DNA of 57,857 nucleotides from an uncultured bacterium (GTDB lineage: Bacteria > Joyebacterota > Joyebacteria > Joyebacterales > Joyebacteraceae). Shown here one piece after another: positions 7,903 through 17,768 of this stretch. The stretch lies in NCBI GenBank assembly GCA_964399265.1, contig CAYNQF010000004.1, forward strand, positions 1 to 57,857. The letters are read 5' to 3'. Under the pieces are notes generated by a model. The model searched no databases. It was not told the origin of the DNA and worked only from the letters and a program-made list of their open reading frames with translations. Each line of letters opens with the position of its first letter. The first letter of the stretch is position 1. The position numbers and the translations under genes are program-made.

Positions 7903-10170
7903 ATGAGACAGTCGGAACCGATGCACGAACAGGAAGTCAAGACGATGGACATACGCGCCTACGCCAAGGCCATCTGGCGTAGGAAGTGGCTGCTCCTGAT
8001 CCCGGTCGTGGCCGCAGCCATCGTGGGATACGTGTCCGGGCAGCTCCTGCCTCCAGTCTATGAGGCCAAGAGCACGGTCGTGGTGCGGGTGCAGGAGAGG
8101 CTCTCCGAGCCGCTGGCGAGGCTCGTCGGCAGTTCGCGGATCGAGGATCAGCTGTCCCGTCTCCAGGAGAGGGTGAAGAGCAGAACGTTTCTGATCGAAC
8201 TGGTGCGGAGTCTGGACATCGCCGACGACGAGGGTGTCAGGGCGTGGGCCAGGCGCGCGCACGAGAAGAACCCGTCGATCTCCGAGGAGGAACTGGCGGA
8301 GAGCAAGGCGGTCGAGTACCTGCAGAACCGCATCGCCATCGTTCGGACGTCGTCGAACGGCTTCCAGGTGGTGGCGCGCGACCTCGATCCCGACAGAGCG
8401 CTCCTCCTGGCGCAGCACATCACGAACGCGTTCGTGAGCGCGTCGAACCGCGAGCAGATCGAGGAGATCCGCGCGGTCCACGACTTCTCCGTCGAACAGC
8501 TCGTCATATACAGGCAGAAGCTGGACGAGGCCGAGGCGAGGCTACAGGAGTTCCAGTCCGACAACACGGCAGGCAGCATCGTCATGAACCCGGTGACGGC
8601 GGATAACGTCAACAAGGTCGACGTCCTCATCAGCCAGGCCATGGTCGATCGGCAGCGCGCCGAGGAGCGGACCACCGAGAAGCGGAACGCGCTCTTCAAT
8701 GTGTCGCCGCGCGACTACGACAAGCTCTCGAACCTCACCTCCGGGACGCTCGACTCGCTCTTCGACCAGCTCGTGTCGCTCGAGCGCGAGATCGCCTCGG
8801 TCCTCGTGAGGACGACCGAGAACGCCCCCGAGGCGACGACGCTCTTCGTGAACTCCGCCGAGAAGAAGGACAGGGTTCGCACCGAGGCGCGCGAGAGCGC
8901 CAGGCAGGCGGTCCCAGACGGCTCGCAGGCGCTCTACGAGGCGTACGCCGAACTCAAGGTGGCCGAGGTCGAGGAGCAGATGGCGGCCGAGCGCCGCAGG
9001 ATCCTGGGCAGGTTCATGTGGGACTACGCGCAGGGCAGGGCCAACGCGCCCGAGCGCGAGATGGAGTACACGCGTCTGCAGCAGGAGGTCGACAGCAACC
9101 GCGCCCTCTACGAGGCGTTCCTGCAGCAGTCCGCGGCCGGACAGATCACCGAGGCCCTCGAGGCCGCGCGGGCCGGCGGCAGGTTCGAGATCATAGAGCC
9201 TCCGACGCGCCCGACCGGGCCCGTCGCGCCGGACAAGACGATGATCCTGGGTCTCGCGATACTCGGCGGGCTGATCGTGGGTCTCGCCACGGTCCTGGTC
9301 GTCGAACAGGGCGACACCTCCTTCAAGGACGTCGACGACATCGAGCGGACGCTGGGGCTCCCGGCGCTCGCGACCATCCCCGAGGCCGACATCTTCAAGA
9401 CGATCGGCACCGAGGAGAAACGCAGGCGGAAGACGCGCGCCCAGGTGCGCCTCGACGGCAAGTCGCGACTGCTTCGCTACATGCTGAGGGAGACGCCCAT
9501 ATCCTTCGAGTTCCGCAGGCTGGCGAGGAAGCTCGGACACAGGTTCGGTGGCGAGATACCGGCGTCGATACTGGTCACAAGCTCGCACAGAGGTGAAGGC
9601 AAGACGACGGCGGCCGCGTGCCTCGCGATCACTCTCGCCAAGCACTACGGCAGGAAGACCGTTCTCGTCGACGCGGACCTGCGGAAGCCGAGAGTACACC
9701 AGCTGCTAGAGGTTCCGAGGGAACCCGGTCTCTCCGACGCGCTCGAGCGCGGGCACCTGCTCGGGTCCGATCTCAAACCTACCGCACTTCCGAACTTGCA
9801 GATACTACCGTGCGGTACACGAAGGGACCAGCCGACCTGGTTGCTGGAGTCGATGCCGGGGTCGCGCGTCCTCGAGGAACTGCTCTCGCAGTATGAACAC
9901 GTGGTGATAGACACCGCGCCGAACGTCGCCGTGCCCGACGCGATTCTGATCGGCAGCGCCGTCGACGGCGTCGTCATGGTTCTCAGGGCCGGCGTGACGC
10001 CCAGAGAGGTCATCACGAGAGGCATCGAGCTGCAGCTCGAGGAGACCAAGAACGTGCTCGGGCTCATCGTGAACAATCTGGCGCGCGTTCTGCCTTACTA
10101 CTACGACTACAAGTACTACCGCTACGATCGGCAGGAGCCGGCGGAGGACGCAGAACGAAGGGACGCGTGA
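7903..10170 (+). CDS. wzc: Wzc-type polysaccharide co-polymerase / BY tyrosine kinase
   Basis: Two TM helices flank a coiled-coil periplasmic region; Walker A GEGKTT, A' VDADLRKP, B IDTAP; C-terminal Tyr cluster YYYDYKYYRY. Confidence 0.93.
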   Translation: MRQSEPMHEQEVKTMDIRAYAKAIWRRKWLLLIPVVAAAIVGYVSGQLLPPVYEAKSTVVVRVQERLSEPLARLVGSSRIEDQLSRLQERVKSRTFLIELVRSLDIADDEGVRAWARRAHEKNPSISEEELAESKAVEYLQNRIAIVRTSSNGFQVVARDLDPDRALLLAQHITNAFVSASNREQIEEIRAVHDFSVEQLVIYRQKLDEAEARLQEFQSDNTAGSIVMNPVTADNVNKVDVLISQAMVDRQRAEERTTEKRNALFNVSPRDYDKLSNLTSGTLDSLFDQLVSLEREIASVLVRTTENAPEATTLFVNSAEKKDRVRTEARESARQAVPDGSQALYEAYAELKVAEVEEQMAAERRRILGRFMWDYAQGRANAPEREMEYTRLQQEVDSNRALYEAFLQQSAAGQITEALEAARAGGRFEIIEPPTRPTGPVAPDKTMILGLAILGGLIVGLATVLVVEQGDTSFKDVDDIERTLGLPALATIPEADIFKTIGTEEKRRRKTRAQVRLDGKSRLLRYMLRETPISFEFRRLARKLGHRFGGEIPASILVTSSHRGEGKTTAAACLAITLAKHYGRKTVLVDADLRKPRVHQLLEVPREPGLSDALERGHLLGSDLKPTALPNLQILPCGTRRDQPTWLLESMPGSRVLEELLSQYEHVVIDTAPNVAVPDAILIGSAVDGVVMVLRAGVTPREVITRGIELQLEETKNVLGLIVNNLARVLPYYYDYKYYRYDRQEPAEDAERRDA

Positions 10171-10177
10171 CGCCGAG

Positions 10178-11332
10178 ATGCTCAGGACCCTCTCCGTGTT
10201 CGGGACTCGTCCCGAGGCCATCAAGATGGCGCCGGTCGTGGCAGAGTTGGAGCGACGGCTCGGCAGCGTCGAATCGCACGTCTGTGTGACGGCCCAGCAC
10301 AGGGAGATGCTCGACCAGGTTCTGGACGTCTTCGGCATGAGGCCGGAGTACGATCTCGGCGTGATGAGGGCGGACCAGTCGCCGGGAGGCGTCACGGCCG
10401 CCGTCCTGCTCGGACTCGATCCCGTTCTCTCGGAGCTGGAGCCCGACCTAATTCTCGTTCACGGAGACACGACCACGACCATGGCGGCCTCACTGGCCGC
10501 CTTCTACCGCAAGGTTCCGGTCGGTCACGTCGAGGCGGGTCTCAGAACCCACGACCCGTATTCCCCTTTCCCGGAGGAGATGAACCGCGTCGTCACCGAC
10601 GCGCTCTCCACCTATCACTTCGCGCCGACGCGGACATCGCGCGAGAACCTGATCAGCGAAGGGGTGTCGCCGAGGTCGATCACCGTAACCGGCAACACCG
10701 TGATCGACGCGCTCAAGGGCGTGGCCGCGAGGGCGGGCACGCCGGAGACGTCTATACCGGAAGGGAAGAGGCTCGTTCTCGTGACCGCGCACCGAAGGGA
10801 GAACTTCGGCCCGCCGCTCGAGGACATCTGTCTGGGGCTGCGTGACGTGGCGGAGCGGTTCGACGACGTGTTCATCGTCTACCCGGTGCACCTGAACCCG
10901 AACGTCCAGAGGACGGCGAGGTCGGTGCTCGGCGGCCATCCCGGGATACTGCTCACCGACCCGCTCCCGTACATGGAGTTCGTCAGGCTCTTGAAGGCTT
11001 CCTACCTCGTCGTGACCGACTCGGGCGGCCTCCAGGAGGAGGCGCCCTCCCTGGGCAAGCCGGTGCTCGTGCTCAGGCGCGAGACCGAGCGGCCGGAGGC
11101 GGTCGAGGCCGGGACGGTGAGGGTGATCGGCACCGACAGGGATGACGTCGCGTTCGAGTGCTCGCGGCTCCTCACCGACGAGACCGCGTACAGGGACATG
11201 GCCGAGGCCGTGAACCCGTACGGCGACGGGCACGCCGCGGAGAGAATCGTCGACGCCATCCTGGCCGCGTTCGGCGAGCCCGGCGCGAAACGTCCGGCGG
11301 AGTTCGAGCCCTCGGACGCGGGAGGCAAGTGA
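10178..11332 (+). CDS. wecB: UDP-N-acetylglucosamine 2-epimerase (non-hydrolysing)
   Basis: GTRPEAIKMAP, TAQHREML, HGDTTT, GHVEAGLRT, FPEEMNR, TAHRREN, DSGGLQEEAP, NPYGDG. Confidence 0.95.
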   Translation: MLRTLSVFGTRPEAIKMAPVVAELERRLGSVESHVCVTAQHREMLDQVLDVFGMRPEYDLGVMRADQSPGGVTAAVLLGLDPVLSELEPDLILVHGDTTTTMAASLAAFYRKVPVGHVEAGLRTHDPYSPFPEEMNRVVTDALSTYHFAPTRTSRENLISEGVSPRSITVTGNTVIDALKGVAARAGTPETSIPEGKRLVLVTAHRRENFGPPLEDICLGLRDVAERFDDVFIVYPVHLNPNVQRTARSVLGGHPGILLTDPLPYMEFVRLLKASYLVVTDSGGLQEEAPSLGKPVLVLRRETERPEAVEAGTVRVIGTDRDDVAFECSRLLTDETAYRDMAEAVNPYGDGHAAERIVDAILAAFGEPGAKRPAEFEPSDAGGK

Positions 11333-12108
11333 TGCTGATCGTCCTGCTGCCGGCATACAACGAGGAAGGCTCCATAGGGCCGCTGCTCCGGGGACTCGGG
11401 GAGACGTTCCGCGGACTGGACTCGCCGGCCACCGTGCTCCTGGTGGACGACGGGAGCAGCGACGATACGATCCGTAGGGCCAGGGACGCGGCGAGCGAGT
11501 TCGGCGTTCCCATCGAGATCGAGCCGCACGGCACGAACAGAGGGCTGGGCGCCGCGCTCAGAACGGGATTCGAGCGGGCGAACAGCATGCTCGGCGGCTC
11601 CGGGGTCCTCGTCGGAATGGATGCCGACAACACGCACGACCCGTCGGTCATACCGTCGATGCTCGCAAAGCTCGAGGAGGGCAACGACGTCGTCATAGCG
11701 TCCAGGTATGCGCCCGGCGGCCGGGAGGTCGGCCTGTCGGCGATGCGCAGCCTGCTCTCGAAGGGCGCGAGCCTCACGATGAAGACGTTCCTTCCGGTGA
11801 GAGGGGCGAGGGACTACTCGTGCGGCTACCGCGCGTACGATGGTCGCGCTCTGGCGAAGGCGCTCGAAGTGTATGGTGACGAGTTCATAGTGGAGTCGGG
11901 CTTCGTGGCCTCGGCGGAGATACTCGTCAAGATGGCGTATCTCCCGAGCCGCGTCGCCGAGGTTCCGCTCGTTCTCAGATACGACAGGAAGGGCGGCGCC
12001 AGCAAGATGAACATCGGACGCACGATCGCGCGCTACATGAGGCTCATATCCGCGGGGAAACGCGCGATCGCGGCCAGGTCGAGAGCCGCGAAGGAGGAAG
12101 ACGCATGA
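11332..12108 (+). CDS. GT2 polyprenol-phosphate glycosyltransferase (DPM1/ArnC/GtrB-like)
   Basis: LLPAYNEE, VDDGSSD, DAD motif, ASRY; GGAGG RBS 6 nt before ATG 11332. Confidence 0.85.
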   Translation: MLIVLLPAYNEEGSIGPLLRGLGETFRGLDSPATVLLVDDGSSDDTIRRARDAASEFGVPIEIEPHGTNRGLGAALRTGFERANSMLGGSGVLVGMDADNTHDPSVIPSMLAKLEEGNDVVIASRYAPGGREVGLSAMRSLLSKGASLTMKTFLPVRGARDYSCGYRAYDGRALAKALEVYGDEFIVESGFVASAEILVKMAYLPSRVAEVPLVLRYDRKGGASKMNIGRTIARYMRLISAGKRAIAARSRAAKEEDA

Positions 12109-12464
12109 AGGGCATACCTCTCATCCTGTTCGCGGTGCTCCTCGGGGCCACGGGCCAGGTGATCATGAAGATGGGCATGAAGATCTATGGCCAGGTGAGC
12201 GCGACGAGCGTGTGGAGCCAGCTCGTCCCGATCCTCAAGGTCCCGCAGGTCTTCCTCGGGTTCGTCTGCTACGGGATCAGCGCCGTGCTGTGGATCGCCG
12301 TCGTGTCCAACGTCGACCTGAGTCTTGCGTATCCGATGGTGAGCCTCGCGTACGTGCTCGTCTTCCTGGCCTCGTGGCTCCTTCTGGGAGAGCACATCTC
12401 GGCCATGCGCATCGCGGGTCTTGTAATCATCGTGGCCGGCGTGCTCGTCATCTCGAGGAGCTAA
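12105..12464 (+). CDS. Small 4-TM SMR/EamA protein (ArnE/F-like lipid-linked sugar flippase)
   Basis: 119 aa, four hydrophobic helices, DLSLAYP motif; lies between the GT2 and GT-C genes. Confidence 0.75.
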   Translation: MKGIPLILFAVLLGATGQVIMKMGMKIYGQVSATSVWSQLVPILKVPQVFLGFVCYGISAVLWIAVVSNVDLSLAYPMVSLAYVLVFLASWLLLGEHISAMRIAGLVIIVAGVLVISRS

Positions 12465-12487
12465 CGTGCAGGGTGCGAGGTGAGCGG

Positions 12488-14251
12488 ATGAAGCGCTGGA
12501 CCGAAGCGGTACTGCTGACAGTCATTCTCATCCTGGCCGCGTGGCTGAGGGCGCGAGGCGTGGGATGGGGACTGCCGTACCCGTACCACCCCGACGAGGG
12601 GTCGATCCTCTTTCATTCGCTGGCGTTCGGGACGGGCGACCTGAACCCGCACTGGTTCAGGTGGCCGTCGCTTCTCATGTACGTGATGTTCGCAGTCTAC
12701 GGCGCCTACTACGTCGTCGGGAAACTGATGGGCGCCTTCGGTGCGCCGGTCGACCTCTTGAAGTCCTATCTTACCGACCTCTCGCCGTTCTGGCTGATGG
12801 GGCGGTGGGTCTCCGTAGCGGCGGGCGTGGGGACGGTGTGGGTGACGGAGAGGATCGGCAGGAGAGCGTTCGGCCCGCGCGCCGGGATCGCGGCGGCCCT
12901 GTTGCTCGCGGTCATGTACCTGCACGTAAGGGACTCGCACTACGCGACCCCGGACGTGGTGACGACCCTGCTCGGGTCGCTGTCGCTCCTCTCGGCCCTG
13001 CGGGCCTGCGACAACGGCCGGGCCTCGGACCTAGTGCTCTCCGGGCTGCTGGCGGGGTTGGCGGCGTCGGTGAAGTACCCCGGCGTGCTTGCGGGTGCGG
13101 GAACACTGGTCGCCTACGCCCATCTGGTCGCGACGCGAAAGGTGTCGCCGTGGTCGCTCGCCGGAGTGGCGGCCGCCGTCCTCGTCGGATTCGTGGTGGG
13201 GACGCCGTACAGCGTCCTCTCACTGCGTGAGTTCGTGAGGGACGTCGGAACGCAGTTCACGATGGTGAGCAGCTCAGGCGTGGCCCAAGGTCCCACGTCA
13301 TTTGGCGCGGGACTCAAGGAGGTCTTCGGGCGAACGGTGGCGCGCGGCATCGGGTATCCGATCTTCGCGCTGGCGGTCGTTGGGGCCCTGATGACGAACG
13401 CCAGGTCGGGAGTGCGGCGCGGCGTCGTCAGTGTCTACGCTCTGGCCGTGTTCGCGGTCGCCGTTCTGATCACGGTGAAGCGGTCGACCTATCTAACACC
13501 CGCGCTCCCCGCCTTGGCGGTCCTGGCGGGCGCCGGGATAGAGGGTCTCTTCCGGGCGTTGGGGAAGCGGTCCACGGGCGAGCGGGCGACGGGCGAGCAG
13601 TCGATCGGCGGGCGCGCGACGGGACCCCGTCGTGCTGCGGCCGCGGCGCTCACGATCGCCGTCGCGGCGCTCGCGGTCGTCCCCTCCGTGCGGTTCGACA
13701 ACGCGCTGGCCGCGGTCGACACGCGCACGCTGGCGAAGGAGTGGGTGGAGAGCGAGGTCGCTCCCGGAACACGTGTGGCGGTCGAGGACTACGGGCCCGT
13801 CCTGAACCCTCTGGCATCTCAGCTCGGCGCCTCCGTCGACCAGGACACGACCGGCGTCGACTCGTGGAAGTCGCCGAAGCGGAAGCTCAACGAACTCAAG
13901 CGAGAGGTCGGCACAGCGCGCACCCCGCAGTACGAGCTGTATGAGATCGGTCACGGCGCGCCTCCCTTCGAGCTTCCGGACGCCGGGGAGGACCCGGCCG
14001 GACTCGAGAAGGCGATCGATGAACTCGGCATCCGGGTGGTCGTCCTGAGCAGCAAGGCGGCGCCGTGGAGGCAGATGCCGGGCGCTGCGCCGCCCGCCGG
14101 TGGCGGTGAGAGCCGCTTCCGCGAGTGGCTGGAGGCGCACGGCTCCATGGTCGCGAGGTTCCAGGCCGAGAGGCCCGTACCACCGATAGACCGCGGCAAC
14201 GGGAGGTCGTTCCACAGCCCGGTGATAGAGGTCTACAGGTTGGAGAAGTGA
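12488..14251 (+). CDS. GT-C fold membrane glycosyltransferase (ArnT/PMT-like, GT39/GT83)
   Basis: HPDE acidic motif in the first loop, multiple TM helices, HYATPDV, KYPG, soluble C-terminal domain. Confidence 0.82.
   Translation: MKRWTEAVLLTVILILAAWLRARGVGWGLPYPYHPDEGSILFHSLAFGTGDLNPHWFRWPSLLMYVMFAVYGAYYVVGKLMGAFGAPVDLLKSYLTDLSPFWLMGRWVSVAAGVGTVWVTERIGRRAFGPRAGIAAALLLAVMYLHVRDSHYATPDVVTTLLGSLSLLSALRACDNGRASDLVLSGLLAGLAASVKYPGVLAGAGTLVAYAHLVATRKVSPWSLAGVAAAVLVGFVVGTPYSVLSLREFVRDVGTQFTMVSSSGVAQGPTSFGAGLKEVFGRTVARGIGYPIFALAVVGALMTNARSGVRRGVVSVYALAVFAVAVLITVKRSTYLTPALPALAVLAGAGIEGLFRALGKRSTGERATGEQSIGGRATGPRRAAAAALTIAVAALAVVPSVRFDNALAAVDTRTLAKEWVESEVAPGTRVAVEDYGPVLNPLASQLGASVDQDTTGVDSWKSPKRKLNELKREVGTARTPQYELYEIGHGAPPFELPDAGEDPAGLEKAIDELGIRVVVLSSKAAPWRQMPGAAPPAGGGESRFREWLEAHGSMVARFQAERPVPPIDRGNGRSFHSPVIEVYRLEK
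13571..13630 (+). repeat. 4 x 15-bp imperfect in-frame tandem repeat (STGER/ATGEQ/SIGGR/ATGPR)
   Basis: tccacgggcgagcgg gcgacgggcgagcag tcgatcggcgggcgc gcgacgggaccccgt. Confidence 0.6.
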
Positions 14252-15729
14252 TGGACGCTAACGGGAACGACAGAAGGACGCAGGCGCCGCTTCCCGCACC
14301 TCGGCCGGCCCAGGTGCCGCAGTACAGCTACGCCTGGCTGCCGTACGTCGCGGGGGCTCTGGTCGCGCTCGTCCTGGCGTTCATCGTGACGAGGCTGAAC
14401 TACGGTTACGCGCAGGCACCTCACCGCATCATCAAGATGATGCTCGGGGTCGTCTTCGTGCTCTTCACCGTGTTCAGGCCGAAGCTCGCGCTGCACCTCT
14501 GGCTGCTGGCGATGCCGGTCGTCGAGTGGCTGCCGGTCTCGGGCATCCCGGGCGTGAACGGGGCCAATCTGCTCTTCCTCGTCGCCCTGCTGGGTTGGGT
14601 CACACCCTGGATCCTGCATGGCGAGCAGCTATTCCCGCGGACGCGCATTGGAGCGCCGCTCGCCATCTTCATGACGGTCGTCCTGGCGTCTGTTATCAGG
14701 ACGATCCTGTTCCCGCCGCACGGAGCGTCCCATTCAGCGTCCACCCAGCTGCTGCAGATGTGGCAGCGTCTTCCGGGACTGGCCATCTTCTTCGTGGTCG
14801 TAGGCTCCGTGAAGTCCACGCAGCGGGTTCGCAATCTGCTGGTGACGTTCGCGGTGAGCGCCGCGCTGGCCGGGCTCATGGCCACGCGGCAGTTCATGCA
14901 CGCGTCCGAGACTCGCAGAATCGGAGTCGGCATGAACCCGAACGACTTCGCCGCATACGTGGCGATGTGCGCGACCGCGCTGATGGCCTACGTGTTCAGC
15001 TCAGGCTCTTTCAGCAGACTGAAGCAGGCCGTCGTGTGGGTCGGCGCCCTGCTGGCGTCGGTGGCCGTGCTTCTTCCGAAGTCGCGCGGAGGGTACGTCG
15101 GGTTCGCCGGCGGGCTCGCGACCGCCACCTACCTTGTGAGCAAGAAGGCGTTCGTCGTTTTCCTGCTGGTCCTGGCGGCCTCGCCCCTCTGGGCGCCCGG
15201 CTTCGTCAAGGACAGGGTGATGGAGACGGAGGTCGATTCGGTCCAGGCACAGATAGCGGGCGACATGACCGACAGGCTCGATCCGTCGGCGGCCGTGAGG
15301 ATCGAGATCTGGGGCATCGTGGCCTCACAGGTGGCGAGAAGCCCGATCTTCGGCTACGGCTTCGGCTCGGTGCCGCGGCTGACGGTCGGGCAGATCGGGC
15401 GTCCGTTCTCGGCGCACAGCCTGTACTTCGAGACGCTCGGTGACATGGGTCTCATCGGGATCGTTGCGCTCGCGTGGCTCCTGATCGCGTGCGTGAGGAG
15501 CGGCCTCGAGTTGATGAGGAGGGCGACGACGCCGCTCACCAGAGGACTGGCGGTCGGGTTTCTGTCCGCCACGGTCGTTCTTCTGCTTGCGAACATCTTC
15601 GGTCAGAGGTTCTTCCACAGGTCGATCGCGGGATCCTACTTCGTCCTCGCCGGCCTGGTTGAGAGGAGCATCATCATCGAACGCGGCGCTTCATCGCCCC
15701 CGAGCGCCGGGGAGGTAGTCGAGACATGA
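14251..15729 (+). CDS. O-antigen ligase / Wzy polymerase family protein
   Basis: About 12 TM helices; NPNDF, KSRGG, FGYGFG and AHSLY motifs of the Wzy_C family. Confidence 0.85.
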   Translation: MDANGNDRRTQAPLPAPRPAQVPQYSYAWLPYVAGALVALVLAFIVTRLNYGYAQAPHRIIKMMLGVVFVLFTVFRPKLALHLWLLAMPVVEWLPVSGIPGVNGANLLFLVALLGWVTPWILHGEQLFPRTRIGAPLAIFMTVVLASVIRTILFPPHGASHSASTQLLQMWQRLPGLAIFFVVVGSVKSTQRVRNLLVTFAVSAALAGLMATRQFMHASETRRIGVGMNPNDFAAYVAMCATALMAYVFSSGSFSRLKQAVVWVGALLASVAVLLPKSRGGYVGFAGGLATATYLVSKKAFVVFLLVLAASPLWAPGFVKDRVMETEVDSVQAQIAGDMTDRLDPSAAVRIEIWGIVASQVARSPIFGYGFGSVPRLTVGQIGRPFSAHSLYFETLGDMGLIGIVALAWLLIACVRSGLELMRRATTPLTRGLAVGFLSATVVLLLANIFGQRFFHRSIAGSYFVLAGLVERSIIIERGASSPPSAGEVVET

Positions 15730-17738
15730 GACGGCATCTCTGCTCAGTCGTGCTGGTCGCAGTCGTCGTTACGGCGTTGTTCGCGCAGGCTCAAGCGTAC
15801 CAGGTCGTGAGCGGACACCCCCGCCTCTTCTTCCGCGCGGGCGACCTGTCGGCGCTCCGGTCCAAGGCGACCGGGTCGCTCCTCGGCGACTACAACAAGA
15901 TGAAGTCGTATTGCGACGAGCACATGGGGGATTCCCTGCCCGTGTCTTCGACCGAGCTGGAGTGGCAGCTTCCGGCGTACAGCTTCGTGTGGCTCATGGG
16001 TCAGAACACCAACTACGCCGCCAGGGCAAAGGCCATCGCGCAGGCCGCCGTCTCATCCGGCTCGACCGGTTCGGAAGGCTGGATCAGGGGAGGCTCGCTC
16101 TTCTTCGACTGGTGCTACGACTACCTCACGCCCTCGGAGAGGCAGATGTTCGGGCTGGCGCTCGCCTCGGGGGGCAGCTCGTATCTCTCGAGCGAGAACT
16201 GGCCGAACATATCCTGTTTCCACGGCACGTTCTCACGGCTGCGCACCCTCATCTACCCGGGCCTTGCCATCTACGGGGAGGGCATCGACGACGCGGCCGC
16301 GCGGGGACTCTGCGACACCTATCACGACAACACCTACGGAGCCAACCGCGTCCTGTGCTGCATGGACGAGCTTGGCTACGACGGGTCCTGGTTCGAGGGT
16401 GACTACAACTTCAACGGCTACCTGTACCAGAGCGAGGGCTTCGAGCTGTGGGCCACCGCGACCGACGAGAACCCATACGACGTCTCGACCAACTATCACA
16501 ATCTGGCGACCTACTACATCTACGAGATGGGTCCGAGCAAGGGCACCTCGGGGATGCTCGGGTCGAAGCAGGGCGACTCGTTCAGACACTCCGCCCCGAC
16601 GCTGGCGTTCCGTCTCACGATGCTCAGGATCGCGTCGCGCTACCGTGACGGCCGCGCGCAGTGGCTCGCACAGGAGATCGTCGACCAGGACCTCGGGTAT
16701 GTGAACACGTACGACCGCTGGAAGCTCATAGTGTGGACCGACCAGTCGGTCGCCCCGACGCCGCCGACCGACCTGCCCGAGTCGTGGTACTTCAAGGGCG
16801 TCGGCACGGCTTACATGAGGTCGGGATTCAACCTCGATCCCACGAGCACCGATGTATACGCCGTGTTCCGATGCGAGAGGTTTCCCGACATGCACACGCA
16901 TGCTCACCAGAACCACCTCCTGATCGGGCGCGGGAGCGACATCCTGGCCGTCGACTCGGGCGCCTACGATTCCTCCTCCTCGAGCCATCACGACAACTAC
17001 TTCTCGAGAACGGTAGCCCACAACACGATCACGGTCTTCGATCCGAACGAGGCGACGTTCGGCAGCTATTCGAACGACGGCGGACAGAGGCGTCCGTCGC
17101 ACGAGAGCTATCCGACGCAATGCGGTGACCTCGATCTTCCGCAGTTCGACAGGGGCACGATCGTGGCGTTCGAGGACGCGGACAACTTCACCTACATGAA
17201 GGGAGACGCCACCGCGGCCTACTCGCCCGAGAAGGTGAGCCAGTTCACGAGGGAGGTCGTCTATCTCAAGCCCGACCTGTTCGTCGTGCTCGACCGCGTT
17301 ACCGCCACCTCCGCGTCGTTCAAGAAGCGCTGGCTGCTCCACTCGATCAACGAGCCGCAGGTCTCAGGGAACACCACCGTCGTCCAGCAGGGCGACTCGA
17401 AGCTATTCATCAAGACGCTGCTTCCGACGCCCTTCGAGATCGTGAAGGTCGGGGGGTCCGGACATCAGTTCGAGGTCAACGGCGTGAACTACCCGCCCTC
17501 GGGGGACGTGCCTAGCGACGCGGGCGCGTGGAGGATCGAGGTGTCGCCGAGCACGTCGAGCGCGGAGAACCTCTTCCTTCACGTTCTCTACGTGGCCGGG
17601 GCGAGCGTCACGTCGATGCCGGACGTGTCGCTCGTGGAGTCCGACGAGGTCGTCGGGGCCGAGATCGACGGGCATGTCGTGCTGTTCAGCAGGTCCGGCA
17701 TAGCGGTCGACTCCACCACGTACGAGTACGGGGAGTAG
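15726..17738 (+). CDS. Secreted heparinase II/III-like polysaccharide lyase
   Basis: Signal peptide, HPRLFF start, HTHAHQN, LAVDSGAY, RTVAHNTITV, DATAAYS..FTREVVYL, AWRIEVSP; resembles heparinase II-type alpha-toroid/beta-sandwich lyases. Confidence 0.78.
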   Translation: MRRHLCSVVLVAVVVTALFAQAQAYQVVSGHPRLFFRAGDLSALRSKATGSLLGDYNKMKSYCDEHMGDSLPVSSTELEWQLPAYSFVWLMGQNTNYAARAKAIAQAAVSSGSTGSEGWIRGGSLFFDWCYDYLTPSERQMFGLALASGGSSYLSSENWPNISCFHGTFSRLRTLIYPGLAIYGEGIDDAAARGLCDTYHDNTYGANRVLCCMDELGYDGSWFEGDYNFNGYLYQSEGFELWATATDENPYDVSTNYHNLATYYIYEMGPSKGTSGMLGSKQGDSFRHSAPTLAFRLTMLRIASRYRDGRAQWLAQEIVDQDLGYVNTYDRWKLIVWTDQSVAPTPPTDLPESWYFKGVGTAYMRSGFNLDPTSTDVYAVFRCERFPDMHTHAHQNHLLIGRGSDILAVDSGAYDSSSSSHHDNYFSRTVAHNTITVFDPNEATFGSYSNDGGQRRPSHESYPTQCGDLDLPQFDRGTIVAFEDADNFTYMKGDATAAYSPEKVSQFTREVVYLKPDLFVVLDRVTATSASFKKRWLLHSINEPQVSGNTTVVQQGDSKLFIKTLLPTPFEIVKVGGSGHQFEVNGVNYPPSGDVPSDAGAWRIEVSPSTSSAENLFLHVLYVAGASVTSMPDVSLVESDEVVGAEIDGHVVLFSRSGIAVDSTTYEYGE

Positions 17739-17768
17739 CGATACGCGCCGATGGGGGACGGCGACCAG

